A DNA stretch of 64,000 bases from Patescibacteria group bacterium (GTDB lineage Bacteria; Patescibacteriota; Microgenomatia; Levybacterales; UBA12049). Below the pieces are notes generated by a model. The model did not search any database, was not told where the DNA came from, and was given only the letters and a program-made list of their open reading frames with translations. The position numbers and the translations under genes were made by a program. Shown piece by piece: positions 61,866-64,000 of the stretch. The stretch's first letter is position 1; every line of letters starts with the position of its first letter. The stretch lies in NCBI GenBank assembly GCA_038064195.1, contig JBBTTO010000003.1, positions 178,428-242,427 of the forward strand. The letters run 5' to 3'.

Positions 61866-62963
61866 ATGAATCTATCTGTAGGAATTGTTGGATTGCCAAA
61901 TGTGGGGAAGTCCACGCTTTTTAATGCGCTTTTGAAGAAACAGCAGGCTTTGGCTGCCAATTATCCTTTCGCCACCATTGAGCCCAATGTCGGGATAGTC
62001 CCTGTGCCTGATAATCGTTTGACCCAACTTGCAGAGATTACAAAAGAAGAGGAAAAAATGGCAAGTCTGCCTCCTATTAAGCCAGCCACCGTGGAATTTG
62101 TAGATATTGCCGGTCTCGTGAAGGGAGCTTCAGAAGGTGCGGGACTGGGAAATAAATTCTTAAGTCACATCCGTGAGGTGAGTGTTATCGCACACGTCGT
62201 GAGGGCATTTGAGGATGCCGATGTGATCCGTGAGGGCAGTACGACACCGGATGAGGATTATAAAACAATCCAGACAGAATTAATTCTGGCAGATCTCCAG
62301 ACGCTGGAGAAAATCCGTGACAATCGTAAGATGGAGCCGATCAAACATACAGTCGCGATCAAATTAATGGCAGCGCTTAATAATGGTACACGGGCATTTG
62401 ATGTTTCGTTATCTGATGAGGAACGAGAAGCCACTCGGGACATGTTTTTACTGACGAATAAACCGGAGGTCATCGTCCTCAATGTCACCGAAGCAGAATA
62501 TAATGAATCCACAATTCTGGAGAGGATTTCTTCTTATGCCAAGGTTTTATCACTTCCTGAAGACCGCTTTGTCGTGATCTGTGCCAAGATTGAGTCAGAA
62601 CTTGCAGGGCTTGATGAAGTGGATCAACAAGTTTATCTCGCCGAATTAGGAGTAGGATCGTCAGGTTTGGAAAGATTGATTAAAAAGACCTACGAAAGAT
62701 TAGGTTTGATTTCCTTCTTAACAGCCGGGGAGAAGGAAGTCAGGGCTTGGACTGTAAGAAAAGGTAGTACTGCGCCTGTGGCAGCAGGGGAGATCCATAC
62801 TGACTTTATCAAAAAGTTTATTAAAGCCGAAGTAATTAGTTTTGACGATTATATTTCAGCGGGAGGCCGTAAAAAGGCGAGGGAAATAGGGAAAGCGCGC
62901 CTAGAAGGCAAAGACTACATAGTTGCTGATGGAGATGTAATAGAATTTAAAATCGGAAGCTAA
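61866..62963 (+). CDS. ychF: Redox-regulated ribosome-binding ATPase YchF (Obg-family)
   Basis: [17 protein letters not shown] and the C-terminal TGS domain. Confidence 0.9.
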   Translation: MNLSVGIVGLPNVGKSTLFNALLKKQQALAANYPFATIEPNVGIVPVPDNRLTQLAEITKEEEKMASLPPIKPATVEFVDIAGLVKGASEGAGLGNKFLSHIREVSVIAHVVRAFEDADVIREGSTTPDEDYKTIQTELILADLQTLEKIRDNRKMEPIKHTVAIKLMAALNNGTRAFDVSLSDEEREATRDMFLLTNKPEVIVLNVTEAEYNESTILERISSYAKVLSLPEDRFVVICAKIESELAGLDEVDQQVYLAELGVGSSGLERLIKKTYERLGLISFLTAGEKEVRAWTVRKGSTAPVAAGEIHTDFIKKFIKAEVISFDDYISAGGRKKAREIGKARLEGKDYIVADGDVIEFKIGS

Positions 62964-63035
62964 AGCTAAATTCCAAAGGACAAAAAACAAATAAAAAAAA
63001 CAAATAGCAAGCATCAAATAAATATCAATGATCAA

Positions 63036-63395
63036 TTACCTGGCGTTTTTTAATATTGAAGAAAAAATCTTTATTAACTCGGTAGATTCAGCGATTAACG
63101 ACTGTCTTGTTTGACGGTAAGCTTCTGTTGATTCGGCCAAATCAAGCCATAATCTACTTTCTTTTGCTACTTTTCTACAAATTTTGATTTTCATTTCAAA
63201 GTCTTTTTTACCTAACGACTCATTAGCTTCAATATAATTTGCTGCAACAGAACCAGATGATCGTACTAGTTGTTTTGCATATTCAATGTTTGAGATTGAC
63301 TTTGGAAGAGTTTTCAAGTAATCTCTAACGTTCGTTGCATATAGTGAGGTTCTTTCCTCAAGATCGTAAATTTTTCTATCTGAAGATTGATTCAT
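63036..63395 (-). CDS. Four-helix-bundle protein (TIGR02436 family)
   Basis: SSGSVAANYIEANESLGKKDFEMKIKICRKVAKESRLWLDLA. Confidence 0.6.
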   Translation of the reverse strand: MNQSSDRKIYDLEERTSLYATNVRDYLKTLPKSISNIEYAKQLVRSSGSVAANYIEANESLGKKDFEMKIKICRKVAKESRLWLDLAESTEAYRQTRQSLIAESTELIKIFSSILKNAR

Positions 63396-63518
63396 TTGAA
63401 TTTATTTGTAATTTGATGCTTAGAGTTTGATATTTATAATACTATTCTACATTTATGTAGAAGTTTATTGCTACTTGCTAAAAGAGCCTCGAATTTGCTA
63501 TCATTACAGCTACGATCT

Positions 63519-63797
63519 ATGAGATTATATGATTTAGTTTTGGTTCTTAAGACATCACTTACTGAGGCGCAACGCACTAAAGTTGTCGATCAGGTAAAGA
63601 GTTGGCTTGGTGATGTCAAAGTCGTGAATGTTGATGACTGGGGTCAAAAGCCTCTCGCATATCCGATCAAAAAGGAAGCGGCAGGAGTCTATGTCAAGTT
63701 CAATTTAGAGACTGAGAAGACAATTCCTAATGATTTTGAAACAAGAGTTTTTAGAGCTGACGGTGTCCTACGACACCTATTGCTTAGAACTAAGTAA
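63519..63797 (+). CDS. rpsF: 30S ribosomal protein S6
   Basis: MRLYDLVLVL...DDWGQKPLAYPIKK. The ATG is internal to the longer TTG-initiated ORF in the track. Confidence 0.8.
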   Translation: MRLYDLVLVLKTSLTEAQRTKVVDQVKSWLGDVKVVNVDDWGQKPLAYPIKKEAAGVYVKFNLETEKTIPNDFETRVFRADGVLRHLLLRTK

Positions 63798-63904
63798 ACT
63801 CGAAGCACGAATTTCGAAGCTCGAAACAAATATAAAATAATAAATACAAAATAGTTTCGGATTTCGATATTCGGATTTGGAATTTCTTTCCGAAGGAAAG
63901 TGAT

Positions 63905-64000
63905 ATGGCACGAAGCTTGAATCGGGTTCAGTTGATCGGTAATCTCACACGAGATCCGGAATTGCGTTACACTCCGCAGGGAACTGCAGTTTGTACTATC
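63905..64000 (+). CDS. ssb: Single-stranded DNA-binding protein (5' end only; continues past the window)
   Basis: [32 protein letters not shown] is the canonical SSB N-terminus. This gives rpsF-ssb synteny. Confidence 0.8.
   Translation, partial: MARSLNRVQLIGNLTRDPELRYTPQGTAVCTI

Overview
The window is a gene-dense bacterial chromosomal segment with about 95 protein-coding genes on both strands. I found no rRNA, tRNA or CRISPR array. GC content is mosaic: a background of roughly 40-46% is interrupted by several short high-GC islands (about 1.15-2.1 kb, 3.45-4.35 kb, 19.3-20.5 kb, 26.45-27.6 kb, 28.25-28.8 kb, 29.4-30.6 kb). Core genes I can recognise are a fabG-like SDR, an archaeal-type PPAT fused to DUF359, VKOR, mscL, a CDF transporter, an ECF sigma operon, an idi-ispA-uppS isoprenoid operon, TrhO, a DEAD-box helicase, MsrB, a PIF1/RecD-like helicase, a thermonuclease, a Crp/Fnr regulator, NUDIX, TspO, a GT2 synthase, ychF, and rpsF with the start of ssb. 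The most unusual content is listed here in order of interest. (1) A flavinylation-type module (FMN-binding protein, ApbE, and a polytopic membrane protein fused to a ferredoxin-reductase-like FAD/NAD domain) is followed directly by a cupredoxin gene. (2) A conserved 5' leader RNA motif is shared by the cupredoxin gene and a DUF378 gene. (3) Tandem heptanucleotide repeat arrays sit immediately upstream of many start codons, often with TATAAT boxes only 6-9 nt from the start codon, so the mRNAs look leaderless. (4) A roughly 640-bp insertion at the 3' end of a DUF2207 gene is flanked by about 41-44-bp direct repeats that duplicate the gene's Gly-rich C-terminus. (5) A CsoR-headed putative copper locus (DUF1573, two Cys-rich membrane proteins with CC dyads, DUF305). 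(6) An accessory low-GC patch carries a DUF5678/retropepsin pair and an SRA-like/HNH nuclease. (7) Two paralogous monocistronic units are duplicated together with their promoters and terminators. (8) Several small ORFs fall below the ORF-track threshold, including a 42-aa C2H2 zinc-finger peptide. Taxonomic origin cannot be fixed from sequence alone. The compact genes, many DUFs and leaderless starts are consistent with a small-genome uncultivated bacterium. All functional calls are motif-based by eye, because no database search was possible.
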